Positions 15,001 through 20,939 of a stretch of 64,000 bases of DNA are shown piece after piece. Origin of the DNA: an uncultured Christensenellaceae bacterium (lineage in GTDB: Bacteria; Bacillota; Clostridia; Christensenellales; CAG-1252); assembly GCA_964391805.1 (NCBI GenBank), contig CAYMNK010000006.1, forward strand, positions 466 to 64,465, given 5' to 3'. The notes beneath the pieces were generated by a model, which was given only the letters and a program-made list of their open reading frames with translations, was not told the DNA's origin and made no database searches. The number at the start of each line of letters is the position of its first letter. Within the stretch, counting starts at the first letter, position 1. The position numbers were made by a program, and so were the translations under genes.

Positions 15001-17633
15001 GGACGAACTGTGTATTCGCTAACACTATATCCGCTTCTGTAATTACATGTGTGGCTGAGTGTTCCGCTTAGTGAAGATTCGTTCTCACCGTTAACAAAAC
15101 CTTTTAATTCGCTCGAAAATGCGGGTGCATTCGAACCGAAAGCGATGGTTGCATCGTGTGCGGTGACAGTTAGGTCCTTTTTGAGAATGTATAACGTTCT
15201 CTCGATGTCGTTTATCGTATAGTTGTCGTTGTCGAGACTAACGGTTACCGAGTAAATGCCTGCATTTTTGAAATTGGATATCTCACCGTCGAGGGTGAAA
15301 ACGCGAGTTAGACTAATAGGACCGTCGTAACCTTCGATGGTAGCCTTCACTGAATCTCTCATGTCTAAACCGCTATATGTATAATCGACATCGTCGCCAA
15401 TCCATTGAACATAAACCGATTTCGGTGATACGCTAAGCGTTCCTTTGTTTACGGTTACCGTGTAGTTAGCATTGAACGAACCTACTGCATCGATATCGTA
15501 TTCACCAATATTGGAACCTTTTTCATAAGCGCATACAACGGAGTAATCGAGGGTGTCGTCTAAACACAGGCCCGATTCGCTCGCAATAAAGGAAGGTGCT
15601 TCGCTACCATACTCGGTGCTTGAATTTTCTATAGTTATAGTTGCCTTTTTAGGCGTGATAGTCTTATTGAGTTTATCGGACGTTAAATTGTAATTTTTGT
15701 TTTCGTTTACCGCTGTAAGTTCATAACTTCCTACGTTTTTGAAGGCGGAATCGACACCGTGTAGGAATGCTTTGATACTCAACGCCACGGTGTTATTATT
15801 GATATCGTAGAAAGATGCCTTTATTTCGGATAATTGGTCAAGTCCGTTATACTCGTAACTACTGTTAACCGTCCAATGCACTTCTACACTCAAAGGAGAA
15901 ACCTTGAATGATGTGGCCTTTTCGGACGGTAATATATAGTTGGAATTCGATAATCCTCTAAGCGTTACCAGATAATCGTCCTTAATATCGCTACCTTTGG
16001 TGTACTCCGTGTCATATGTCGGTGTACCTAAAGAATCGCTACCGAATAATTCGCCCTTAATTATCTTATAGGAAAATACCGCCTCTTCACCGAAAACTAT
16101 ATCTTTGGCTACTACCTTGTAATCGAGTTCTCTCGGATTTACTATGAGTTCTCCGTTTATGTATTGGGTTATGATGTAATTCGGATTTTCTAATCCGCTT
16201 ATTTCAATACTATAACTTCCTACGTTAGAACCTGCTCCGTAGATACATGAAGCAATTGCTGTACCGAACGCGTCGTCATCGCTGACTCTACCATTAACGG
16301 TGTATGCAAAAACGTCGGGAAGTGCATCGCCATAGGTTAATTTTACCGAATTAGCGGTAACAGTTACGGGTTTAGCTTCTACCGTTAGGGTGCCTTCGAC
16401 AAAAACGAGCTCGTATAAGTCGTTTTCAAATTTATTAATTGTTATGGTATAATTGCCGATTTTTTTACCTTGTTTATAGTCGGTGGTGTAGTTTACATTA
16501 CCTAAATCGATACTGTCGCCCTCGATTATCGAATAGGTAAATGAAGGAAGATCATCACCGTATTCGATAGTCATATCATCTGCCTTAAGTCTGATGGTGC
16601 CGATGCTGATTAATAGCTCGAGGCTCTTTTCGTCCTTGATAGTTGTATTATCATATGTTGAAGTTAATACCGCTTTGACGATATGTCTGCCTTGAGATAA
16701 GCCGTTGATTTCGATAGTTTGGGTGTCTTCACCTTCCATCAATTGATCGTCAATAAACCACGCAATGCTATATCCGATGCGTTTGTAGGCGGTGTAGGAG
16801 AGAGAAACATCTACCGACAAATCTTCGGAGTATGCGTATGTGTCGTTGGAGGAATCGGATTGAAGGGCTAAAGTCGAGTTAGAAACAACGCCAAAACTCG
16901 GATAAATATCGGTCACATCTCCTGCAACCGCTTTTTGAACATCTATTTTTTGAGTGAGTTCGGCATCGGAAAACCAACCTACTATGGACAAGCCGTTAGA
17001 GGTGTAATCCTTAAGTGCGGATGCACATATGACGAAGAAACTCTCGAGACTGTCACCGACATATAGGTCGTTTTTCTCTATAATCACCTTGGAATCACAG
17101 TGAAGTTGAACTTTTGCCGACGTTCTTTCGTATGTAGCCGTGATTAATGTGTCTTCGGTGATCGAGGTGTAATCCTTGTCCCAACCTGTAAACGTGTATC
17201 CGTATCGAGTGGGTTCGTCAGGATTCTTGGCAGACGTATTGTACTTAACAAGCTGTTCGTCCGCTCCGTCTACCTGTATAACGCTCCCGTCATGGTCAAC
17301 GAATTTAACTCTATATTCGTTGACGGTCCAAACGGCATACAAAACGACCTCTTCGCCCTTATAGGCGGACATGTCAAAAGTTCCGTTTCCGTCGAGATCC
17401 AACGCCCAATTTACGAAGGTATGCCCGTCCTTTGTGGGTTTGTAATTATTTGGCGCAATGACGGTTTCGGGGGTTATGTCGATATCACCGTCCATGTAGG
17501 TTACATTGTCGTAGGTGACGGAGTCGTCCTTACCAAACGAAAACCTACATGCACTAAGCATTATTGTTAACGATAATACAGTTACCATAATAAGCAACAT
17601 AGTTATTACTTTTACGATCTTCTTATTATTCAT
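1..17633 (-). CDS. giant cell-surface repeat lipoprotein, N-terminal >5,877 codons (C-terminus lies beyond the left window edge)
   Basis: The minus-strand frame with (17633-x) mod 3 = 0 has no stop between 17633 and position 1; any stop would have produced a listed ORF. Spot translations at 17633-17280, 16380-16260, 12905, 8936-8780, 4090-4040 and 1020-430 all fall in this frame. ATG 17633 follows an AGGAGAG RBS. N-terminus MNNKKIVKVITMLLIMVTVLSLTIMLSAC = signal peptide + lipobox. Next come GHTFVNW..LYAVW..YRVKF repeats (Listeria-Bacteroides/Flg_new type). After that, dozens of alternating modules: YG-x type (KLTYGDALPDVFAYTVNGRVSDDDAFGT) and W..YxY(N/D/T)G type (VPIVWEYTKSGYTYDGTNHKDTVKAYY; VSVEWTIGTYTYTGSAHSVTAQY), resembling MBG and YDG domains. 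Confidence 0.85.
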   Translation of the reverse strand, partial: MNNKKIVKVITMLLIMVTVLSLTIMLSACRFSFGKDDSVTYDNVTYMDGDIDITPETVIAPNNYKPTKDGHTFVNWALDLDGNGTFDMSAYKGEEVVLYAVWTVNEYRVKFVDHDGSVIQVDGADEQLVKYNTSAKNPDEPTRYGYTFTGWDKDYTSITEDTLITATYERTSAKVQLHCDSKVIIEKNDLYVGDSLESFFVICASALKDYTSNGLSIVGWFSDAELTQKIDVQKAVAGDVTDIYPSFGVVSNSTLALQSDSSNDTYAYSEDLSVDVSLSYTAYKRIGYSIAWFIDDQLMEGEDTQTIEINGLSQGRHIVKAVLTSTYDNTTIKDEKSLELLISIGTIRLKADDMTIEYGDDLPSFTYSIIEGDSIDLGNVNYTTDYKQGKKIGNYTITINKFENDLYELVFVEGTLTVEAKPVTVTANSVKLTYGDALPDVFAYTVNGRVSDDDAFGTAIASCIYGAGSNVGSYSIEISGLENPNYIITQYINGELIVNPRELDYKVVAKDIVFGEEAVFSYKIIKGELFGSDSLGTPTYDTEYTKGSDIKDDYLVTLRGLSNSNYILPSEKATSFKVSPLSVEVHWTVNSSYEYNGLDQLSEIKASFYDINNNTVALSIKAFLHGVDSAFKNVGSYELTAVNENKNYNLTSDKLNKTITPKKATITIENSSTEYGSEAPSFIASESGLCLDDTLDYSVVCAYEKGSNIGEYDIDAVGSFNANYTVTVNKGTLSVSPKSVYVQWIGDDVDYTYSGLDMRDSVKATIEGYDGPISLTRVFTLDGEISNFKNAGIYSVTVSLDNDNYTINDIERTLYILKKDLTVTAHDATIAFGSNAPAFSSELKGFVNGENESSLSGTLSHTCNYRSGYSVSEYTVRPYGLSSDNYEIEYISGTLTVTPLEVAVKWNIASSYTYNGKSQKSAVTAEFKQYNDVYKKVNLSFDGDFIHVGEYNVEASFDNDNYTLTDTSRAIEILPKSLTIKAKDVDVVYGSNILSSQLGYTYTDLASGDSISGIDYDSAYSVGDNIGNYALNIFNAEVKNSSDYTISYVGGTITVNKLSRNVNWNIGSYTYNGSVQSVVATYSSYDGKVVDMDVSYVSVSDKNNTLFKNAGKYTVMASAKSDDDKSSNYQFNATSKSAEISTKSITVSVVANPISYGEKAVFTYSAPELLNGDELDDIEYECTYVVGSDKGEYPVSITNIVNANYTITTVGATLTVNSKNVDLIWTIESSYVYSGNSRKSDIVAKFVDIQNETPTATLSFSGDLKHVGDYTVSASYNDNYSFNNAQKSVSITRKPITVIVDNSSVNYGDYASFSYSAPELIKGDVLTNVTYSHSYSIGSKVGDYSVNIATIENSDYEITTVGGTLKVTARPVDIVWESSSSYIYNGKDQIGTVKCYYKDIDNNNISLLENIELKNAGTHTLTAVEISDGNYTLSSTAQKQYTISIAKKGASVTIGTKSVEYGWNKLDYSDITTVNGAIDGENIGTATSEYKFGSPVNTYPVSFTANENGSTNYNISISKGSLNVTPRTISSDIAWNDYGKLTYNGESQRGSVSATFKDINGDTQTLTLAYTLNTNTKSRRNAVNDASEFVNAGTYTVTLSYDDNYTFTAETRKEITIEPKKVTVTVTVPQSVIYGDSLSLTAEDSEYDWVYSGDVTKIGNIQYTYGGDASYNASTSAGTDVVIVAGGYSNSNYTFEYKYKYEGGSESKDTITINVTPRTASVVWTLGAYTYNGSDQKSGTTATFTDVDGNSVPMTVVYPDSFKDAGKYELTATNTNANYSYTNTEIIAEIGAKSLTVSLHNKKTTYGENAPSFTFNATGIISGDVLGTYNYTTDYQVGYGVKEGGYKIYMHFSEVNSNYTLSNLDEYGNITSTATLTVNPRPVTVKVDNKSITFGETATYTANLVENKGTLYGNDTISNLGECTSDYVTYTNDKTNKNSWAKTYDIVFNVNNQNANYDVTVQNRGTLTVSKLPTNVVWDGLKDSDNNNHVYNGTVQNVITAKILGDVSLSISYKGKISTNTAFQNADTYTLTASFDSNAADYEFYNTNYELDGTESESTIDPKSVTITVANDAQVTYGYDISIGLSVDGVVDGESIHAIVNFTYTPYSTKVGTYSNIGATYDSNSNYAVTVKEGSLTVTTQEVAVVWNLDSYIYNGSDQKSGTTATYTPYNKTDAIPLTVTYPESFRDAKTDYTLSATANTQDEKDNYTFTNSTTTATIGRKALTISVITPNDIEFGDPIPTYDKTIYGLVDGDTIGGTLYCPYFVGSNKGTYDIDFVNYDNSNYDFTVNKSTLTVTARKVPIVWEYTKSGYTYDGTNHKDTVKAYYIDINNNKVSLLVTQDFTNAGTYKFETNDNTDTNYSVIGDTFKTLIIAPASISVAITNQKLTYGADKPDISTIDKVNGIIAVTDGKLYSTDLLSIGTLEYDYAKGYNANESYPITYTLNSSNYTISNSTLVDGKQVVSGDVTVGKKIIREVTWSVSDKYIYNGQKQSASATFEDVFGKEQTLTVSYLGQSNENRNKELFKDVDTYTLSVSYSDNYKFELSTQKTVKITPKTVNITINSLSLPYGDTLNSIGGYTYVDYSSDICDGDTVGTLSITSDHTSTSDVGNYSISASGLSNRNYVFVYNTESGDVKVTVTKREASIAVVGANAVYGASVNSISIGTNEYANVLEADESKLNITANYSDVYQQGKGVGAYILTVTCTEKDGKNNYDITILNSNPTDDKYMFCVTPREVEITWNLSEYTYRGDIISLDNVASYSTYLGATEYVSVSAYNDETLVDFKAAGNNYTLKVTATKSTDGNYVFLESSKTYPKKVEIAPKSVDLNVKSQTVMFGYPVPEYTYDVSGNYNNESVGTITLYCDYNAGSSVNADGYPICATVSNANPNYSVNVIDNKLIVTARKVPIVWEYTKSGYTYDGTNHKDTVKAYYIDINNNKVSLLVTQDFTNAGTYTFTTIDNTNINYNVNGDKTKELTIKLAPIAVSFKDNLSVEYGNEFNYAAHINYTGTLYNGDTISSIGSFSGYTKGVTAAGSHTISYTLINSNYEITNSDVVDEKYTNVVTATLTVTADHNTVSIVWSGFADNYTYNGTDYKSGLTVTAKYCDNNGTELGDLDVTYPDSKIKDAGSYTFTASIKSDDSNAHNYTFPTSMTYELTVKRAEISISISDSLSVEYGSDELNYANITNLYSIISGNKYDDIGDIGTFTCDYEKGSSVKDGGYSIGFNKTNNNYTVDVTNGTLNVTQKALTITANFYSVSFGTSVTYGFTSNGLIDLDKDCLTVFYYECSYEAGNPKTGKVGNYTIKIDESAVSIKRGEIDVKSNYKITYIDGAITVSAFKVTNITWSGIEGITYTYDGSEQNNAITASHKAYNGSDVTMDIAFSGKSTSFKDAGNYIVTATALDTVNYDFSGVTLTNSVTIEPKSITIKVDDISITYGDDAPTYTVKCDDLLDSDTLGNGFSCTYSKGDPAGSYDINLIDYDNNSNYKVTSYAKGMLTVNRKEITVTVGSTSKTYGAPSLTADELISLTTITGVYGNDNVGSTTCEYKQGSNAGSYSIKFTLNDSDKVNYKLVNAAKEEITEVVGTLTVNTRAITVTVANATKTYGAPVLTEAELKGLTLIKDTDGTVLTDLYGNDNANIGATTCNYTKGSDVGSYDIVFTFNGNSNYTVESNSSGKLTVSAKSVALTWNTDYTYNGKVQTPTATFPNALYEEGSTTIDKLLTANISIGDSKVFRNADSYELTASEYANYTFTNSTQTVTINKAQATIEFTNAEVVMGNEFNYGYTVSGLCDGDTQENINLVVTSGYDKSTTTAGTYYFTITADNYTFNSCTYVVKGNVTLNLTWTNKPDNLTWVYDGAVYSTITANYTYEGSVYDAIISIKKDGVSVTEIKNVGTYEISASSKSEHKNVGFNDDHFSITITAKPVSIEVGSKGIPYGGAFDITNDITCPVKDLVTGESLRNVQLKLYNGDTEITYEQGTTGAGEYIIKATYVPDSNYTVSVNNGTLIVNPFTTSVDWGVTSFTYNGNPQSVMPKYTAYDGITKVDMEVSYLGTSTSNSGDTLFKNAGNYTVTAKAKTADELNNYTFTGANDNKEVVNDSITIAVESITITIGTHTITYGDSVPTYENIENIYSITNGALHDSIKAVGKFTCAYTASSDANADGYEIDFVSSNANYSVTVIKGKLIVNPAERTLTWNGNSTYTYEGSAKTISASFTGINGQITLSAENFACKYSYNNSNETIDVSSIKDVGVYTVTATYPNYTFTNSTATVTINPKEVVLNVSNVSVTYGDDYNEVDDKIKKSFGISGLVLDSDIAPTHTLYTKGDNAQSFEYAVGTFAGDYDIKVTYTANKNYKVVSSANGDEIFELTATLTVNTKNLTVKPSNVSAKFGEEPSFGFTHDGLVSIDSSITVSDYGCVTSNGTQFVVGDAIYGKVGEYTISIVSNNVTVKRGDTDVTLNYTIDTTANGTLTVDPAVRELTWSNNSGLEYNGLNQNVGATFTDVSENQQNANITYVKVVESTAKSRRNAVSSESSNGIKDAGKYTATASYPNYIFYVSGVSTESAATSSVSTEVAIAPAPITVTITVPKTVVYGSSTITVTNSYTAFGNDSLGTVQYTYGGNESYASSTTVGTGVSITAGGLANSNYIISYQYKYVDETESSSEVKTVTVTQKEIESITWEGLFDGEKIKSFTYGDFEFSSIKAHYRTYDGVDIELTVSAYQNDSIVTFKNAGTYKLTASVKATDNLASNYNFTASLSVDNVVISPKSVGVVWNGINANGYTYNGQEQNQEQNRRITATVSTDENATLDISYQGSVSTNKVFKNADTYTLTAKWSDSASATVKNNYTLENTTQKLTIAAASITVTISDPELCYGDSALTDADISITNGKLFESDATLLSVGVFSSTYKQGDDASSEYTITYTLNANSNYKLVDSDNNELTEVTRTLTVKQRAITVTVNNKETTYGEDVPTLDGNATNIYNGELLISIGNFTTTYKAGDSVGNYTITYTLNAKSNYKLVDSNNNSGTLTVKAKSVSVIWSGINGSFTYNGTDQSKSNGSKVITAQYQLINNNYSDLDIVYYYGSEVNDAAKVNEFKNAGTYTLVATLNSSVTNYKLDSTATKTLTIAKKELTITANNKDISFGAAKPEFAFGYDGLVSEDTIETVTLSCDYIAGDTVGSYDIVPDNAIIKSGSTDVTANYEITYVNGTLSVTKTLLTIKAKDESISFGGLKPTFDFTPTGLVNGDAATVEYGCSYVQGDATYGKVGDYTISIISVSVKDKSGNDVTDNYTITKKRGTLTVTAKEVSVEWTIDTYTYTGSAHSVTAKYTAYDGSPVYMSVSYLGISDSNKDNTAFQNAGAYTVTASDKSNDTLASNYSFTNTTQTAEISKAQATITIDNASVTYGDEFTLDTVSPTISGLVNGESLSNVQLQLYNGENAITYVKGIIEAGTYTIKATCDSNSNYTVSVNNGTLTVNKRKVIVTMPSHSISYGADVPNLNDATLSNVYGSDTVGTVAGSTTYSKGSAIGDYDISGTFTISNPNYELDADVVKGKITVTAKEVSVEWTIGTYTYTGSAHSVTAQYKNINDGMIDMDVTYKIGENEVAFINAGTYSLTASAKLDDTLAYNYTFTNTTNEAEIGKAQATITIDNASVTYGDAFDIESIVKSVQLVNSETLSGITLKLYNGDTEIVYVNGTSVGTYTIRYTFADNSNYTFSAKDSNGNDVIIASNGDNREMTRTLTVTAKEVSVEWTIGTYTYTGSAHSVTAQYKNINDGMIDMDVTYKIGENEVAFINAGTYSLIASAKLDDTLASNYTFTNTIKTAVISKASCGTKTHNTIELDVSYKYGITLGDITNKLDEGFYWVDEKTVPDVSDAGIEYEAY
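191..988 (-). repeat. near-identical intragenic duplication inside the giant gene (191-430 vs 749-988; offset 558 bp = 186 codons)
   Basis: Direct comparison of the two segments shows about 8 mismatches in about 240 nt, including an uninterrupted identical run of about 169 nt (248-416 vs 806-974). A third, diverged copy lies at about 1500-1745. Confidence 0.85.
8779..10748 (-). repeat. second near-identical intragenic duplication (8779-8936 vs 10591-10748; offset 1812 bp = 604 codons)
   Basis: 158 nt with a single mismatch (attaatgtcg vs atttatgtcg). Both copies encode VPIVWEYTKSGYTYDGTNHKDTVKAYYIDINNNKVSLLVTQDFTNAGT. Confidence 0.85.
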
Positions 17634-17716
17634 TTGTTCTCTCCTATCAGGCTTATGCCTGTCCTATAAAATCGGTGTGTAACCGATTATTGTTGTGTTG
17701 TATCGACCTCGGTCGA

Positions 17717-20700
17717 TTATTTGCGGTATATCCAAGTATACGCTGTCTTGTTATCTGCCAACTCTTTAAGTTGCCTGTCAAGAGTCAGATAATCGGGATT
17801 GTCCGAATGTGCTTCGCAAACCATAAATCTGAAGGGTTCGATACCCGCCGCGAAGTATACTAATTGAGGATGCGATGGTGCAAAGTAACTTACGGGTATG
17901 GTCAGTTCGTATAATTCGCTGAATGCTTTATCTACTCCGCTTAAATCCAATATTCCGTAGTTCTTACCGCCACCGTACATTGCCACAGGAGCGTTGATAT
18001 AATCTTCGCCACCCGATGTGAGCAATAATCTACTTACTGCATCCGAAGTGGGATTATTTTTCTTGTATTCGTCTATCATGGTGGAGACGTCAAGGTTGAA
18101 GTGTAAGGTGTCTTTGATTATTGAACCTGCCTCTAACAACGTATCGCTGTTAACGGCAGATACCTTTTTCCAGTCGTAGAATCTTACGTCACCTTGAAAA
18201 CGAATTCTCGACGGGTACGACGTACCTGCTATGTCGCACCAACCTCTATCCGTTCCGAATAGGTACTTGGAGCTATAATCCCATCCGTCAAGCACGAGTC
18301 CGCCGAACATCGATTCCATACCGATGGAGAATAAACCGGAGTTTACGAATACACAATCTTTGAGCGTTATATCGGTCAATACATAGTTATCGATAAAGTA
18401 ATCGTCCTTAGCTTCGGTAGTGGTATAGGGAGTTTTACCGTCGGCTTTATAGAAATAGGGATTCGCCTCATCATAGTAATCCTTATGCTCGGTTTTACCA
18501 TTAATGGGATACCAGTTAGTTCCGTTCAATGTTATTGAAGAATCTGCTACACTCTTACCGCGTCTCAATTGGTTGGTACCTATCTTGAGAATGAACTCTC
18601 TACCGTATGTAAGAATACAATTCGATATAGATGCGGATATCTTATAATCATTTACATTGGCACTAACTTTAGACTCGTCGGTGTAACTATCACCGTAAAT
18701 TCTTACAACCGTTCTTCCGTTGTTGACCTTACTGTAGGTAAGACTAAAATCGTCGCCAATAACCTCTAATACAGTTCCGCAGTAATCAAGATTTGTAAGG
18801 TCACCGTTGACAGATGAATCTGAACAACCTTTGAGTTCGACGTTTCTAAGACTTACTCCGTCATTTTTGACAACGAATACTATATTATCTTGCGATTTGA
18901 TACTTGCGTTATCGTCGGCGGTAGCCGGTGTCGAATAACCGATTTTCAACAATGATAGAGGTCCGTTGAAAATAAATCCGTTAGAGTTAGACGATGCATA
19001 CATATTTTGACCACCCTTGGTCAAATAATCGGCGTCGATATAGTGACCGTTACCATAAACGTTGTTGGTGAATTCAACGAAATATTTAAGTTTAGCGTCA
19101 TCACTTTTACCTAATGCCTTATAATAAGCAATGTCACAGGTGGGATCCATTGTTTTATATACGCCCTTGCCCTTGTATTCACCGGTGCCCTCTATATAGT
19201 CTTTATACTCACCATTACGCCAGCTTTGGCTGTAATAATTTTCTTTGAGCAGGGGTGCTAACATTATATCGGATTGTAGTACAATCTCTTTATTAGTTTT
19301 TGTTGCCGCCATCAATCCGTCATAGTCGGATATATTTACCGCACCCGATATAACCGTCAAGGTTATACTATCCTTAACATCGACACCGAGTAAATCGTTA
19401 AATGCGCTCTTAACCGTAATAGTTACTTCGCCCGATTCGGTACCGGTAATAGACAAAGTTCCATTCTCTACGGTAGCAATTCTATCGTTAGAGGTGCTCC
19501 ATACCAATTTAGAATTATTGACAGTAGATTCGATAACGCCCGATTTGGAAGAAACACTAATAGGAACTTCGAAGGTGTATTTATTAAATTTTTCGAACTT
19601 ACTATCGGAGTAAACAAATTCGCCTATTACAAGTTCCTTAGCAAGGCTGTCGTAATATGACTTAGTAGCCTCGTTATTTTTGATGGAAATAGAGGTATAG
19701 GAAGCTACAACATTTACCGTAAGGTACTTGGTTTCATATATTTCATCATCGACTATTAAATCAACTTTTATGGTAGTCGTTCCTTCCCCAACGGCAGTAA
19801 CCTTAAATTGGCTCTCACTATCCTTTTTTACAGTAGCGACCTTAGTATTACTACTGGTATAACGAGTTCTATAATCACTAAGTCCGCTAACCGAAATGTC
19901 TATACTCTTACTATTGCCGACCGGAAGATTGCATTCGCCGTCATAGTTAATTTCCCAATCGATTTTACCGCGAGACAAGGTTATCTTACCTAATTCTTCG
20001 CCGTATTCGTTAACGAGTTTAATCGCATAGTCGCCGTAAGCAACATCGTCTTGCCATACAACATTTATAGACGAATAACCGTCTTTTTCGATAAATTGTA
20101 TTTCTTTAATCGCATCTTTATCGTAGTCAAAATAAATATCATTTTTCGATACTTCATTACTTAGTGTTAAATCTATCGATGTACTGGGCTCGTTAAATGA
20201 AGATTGATTAAACTCCTTTTCACCGTTAACGAATTGGATATAATCGTCGGTATCGTTGGGAACTACGGTTACATTATAGTCAACGCTATAGGTGTGCTCT
20301 ACGAACTTGCCTTTGTCTTTGTCATATATAACACCTTCAACGGTTGCGGTTATGGTACAACTACCTGCTAATTTTGCTTCGATCAAACCTTGAGCGGTTA
20401 CAGTCGCAACCTTAATATTGGAGGAAGTATATGACGGGTCGTAGTCTGCAGTGGAAGGATATACTACTAAATCCGCACCGATATTACGCTTACCGCCGAT
20501 ATTAATCTCATATGACGATACCACTTGATCCACTTCGGTTGCTTTCTCGGATGTAAAAGTCAACTTGACGCTGTCCTGTTTAGCCCCCGCAATAGCCGTA
20601 ACTATAACTGTTCCTGCCGATTTAGGAATTACTCTACCCTCATCGGTAATCTCTACCTTCGCTTCTTTAACACCTTCTACCTTTTGGGTTTCATAGTTAA

Positions 20701-20929
20701 CCTTAGTGTTGGTTGCCGTAGTTGGCTCTAATTTGACATCGAGCATCAATTTTTCGTCACTCAATATATCAAATATAATGTCTTTTTCGCCGTTGACGGT
20801 CAAGTCAACATTGCTGACGGGAACGTCAACCAAAATTTCTACGGCATCCGCCGCAGTGCTCATACCGAACATCAACAACAATGGTATTACAAGCATTAAT
20901 GCTATTATTTTGTTCTTAACCTTTTTCAT
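17717..20929 (-). CDS. secreted 1,070-aa protein: signal peptide, three Big_2-like Ig domains, C-terminal right-handed beta-helix-like domain
   Basis: ORF track. N-terminus MKKVKNKIIALMLVIPLLLMFGMSTAADA. Big_2 hallmark motifs: YTSSNIKVATVTAQGLIEAKLAGSCTITATV, YTSSNTKVATVKKD..VTAVGEGTTTIKV, WSTSNDRIATVENGTLSITGTESGEVTITVKS. The C-terminal about 545 aa carry NNVYGNGHYIDADYL and LRNVELKGC, typical of parallel beta-helix (pectate-lyase-fold) proteins. RBS GAGGT upstream. Confidence 0.8.
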   Translation of the reverse strand: MKKVKNKIIALMLVIPLLLMFGMSTAADAVEILVDVPVSNVDLTVNGEKDIIFDILSDEKLMLDVKLEPTTATNTKVNYETQKVEGVKEAKVEITDEGRVIPKSAGTVIVTAIAGAKQDSVKLTFTSEKATEVDQVVSSYEINIGGKRNIGADLVVYPSTADYDPSYTSSNIKVATVTAQGLIEAKLAGSCTITATVEGVIYDKDKGKFVEHTYSVDYNVTVVPNDTDDYIQFVNGEKEFNQSSFNEPSTSIDLTLSNEVSKNDIYFDYDKDAIKEIQFIEKDGYSSINVVWQDDVAYGDYAIKLVNEYGEELGKITLSRGKIDWEINYDGECNLPVGNSKSIDISVSGLSDYRTRYTSSNTKVATVKKDSESQFKVTAVGEGTTTIKVDLIVDDEIYETKYLTVNVVASYTSISIKNNEATKSYYDSLAKELVIGEFVYSDSKFEKFNKYTFEVPISVSSKSGVIESTVNNSKLVWSTSNDRIATVENGTLSITGTESGEVTITVKSAFNDLLGVDVKDSITLTVISGAVNISDYDGLMAATKTNKEIVLQSDIMLAPLLKENYYSQSWRNGEYKDYIEGTGEYKGKGVYKTMDPTCDIAYYKALGKSDDAKLKYFVEFTNNVYGNGHYIDADYLTKGGQNMYASSNSNGFIFNGPLSLLKIGYSTPATADDNASIKSQDNIVFVVKNDGVSLRNVELKGCSDSSVNGDLTNLDYCGTVLEVIGDDFSLTYSKVNNGRTVVRIYGDSYTDESKVSANVNDYKISASISNCILTYGREFILKIGTNQLRRGKSVADSSITLNGTNWYPINGKTEHKDYYDEANPYFYKADGKTPYTTTEAKDDYFIDNYVLTDITLKDCVFVNSGLFSIGMESMFGGLVLDGWDYSSKYLFGTDRGWCDIAGTSYPSRIRFQGDVRFYDWKKVSAVNSDTLLEAGSIIKDTLHFNLDVSTMIDEYKKNNPTSDAVSRLLLTSGGEDYINAPVAMYGGGKNYGILDLSGVDKAFSELYELTIPVSYFAPSHPQLVYFAAGIEPFRFMVCEAHSDNPDYLTLDRQLKELADNKTAYTWIYRK

Positions 20930-20939
20930 ACCGTTAACC

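Noticed and set aside
903-17570. All track ORFs inside the giant gene (903..1097 +, 986..1177 -, 3638..3871 -, 4977..5171 +, 7533..7799 +, 17292..17570 + and others)
   Set aside because: They lie on the opposite strand or off-frame within a continuous 5,877-codon reading frame. They have no RBS and a low-complexity, shadow-ORF composition.
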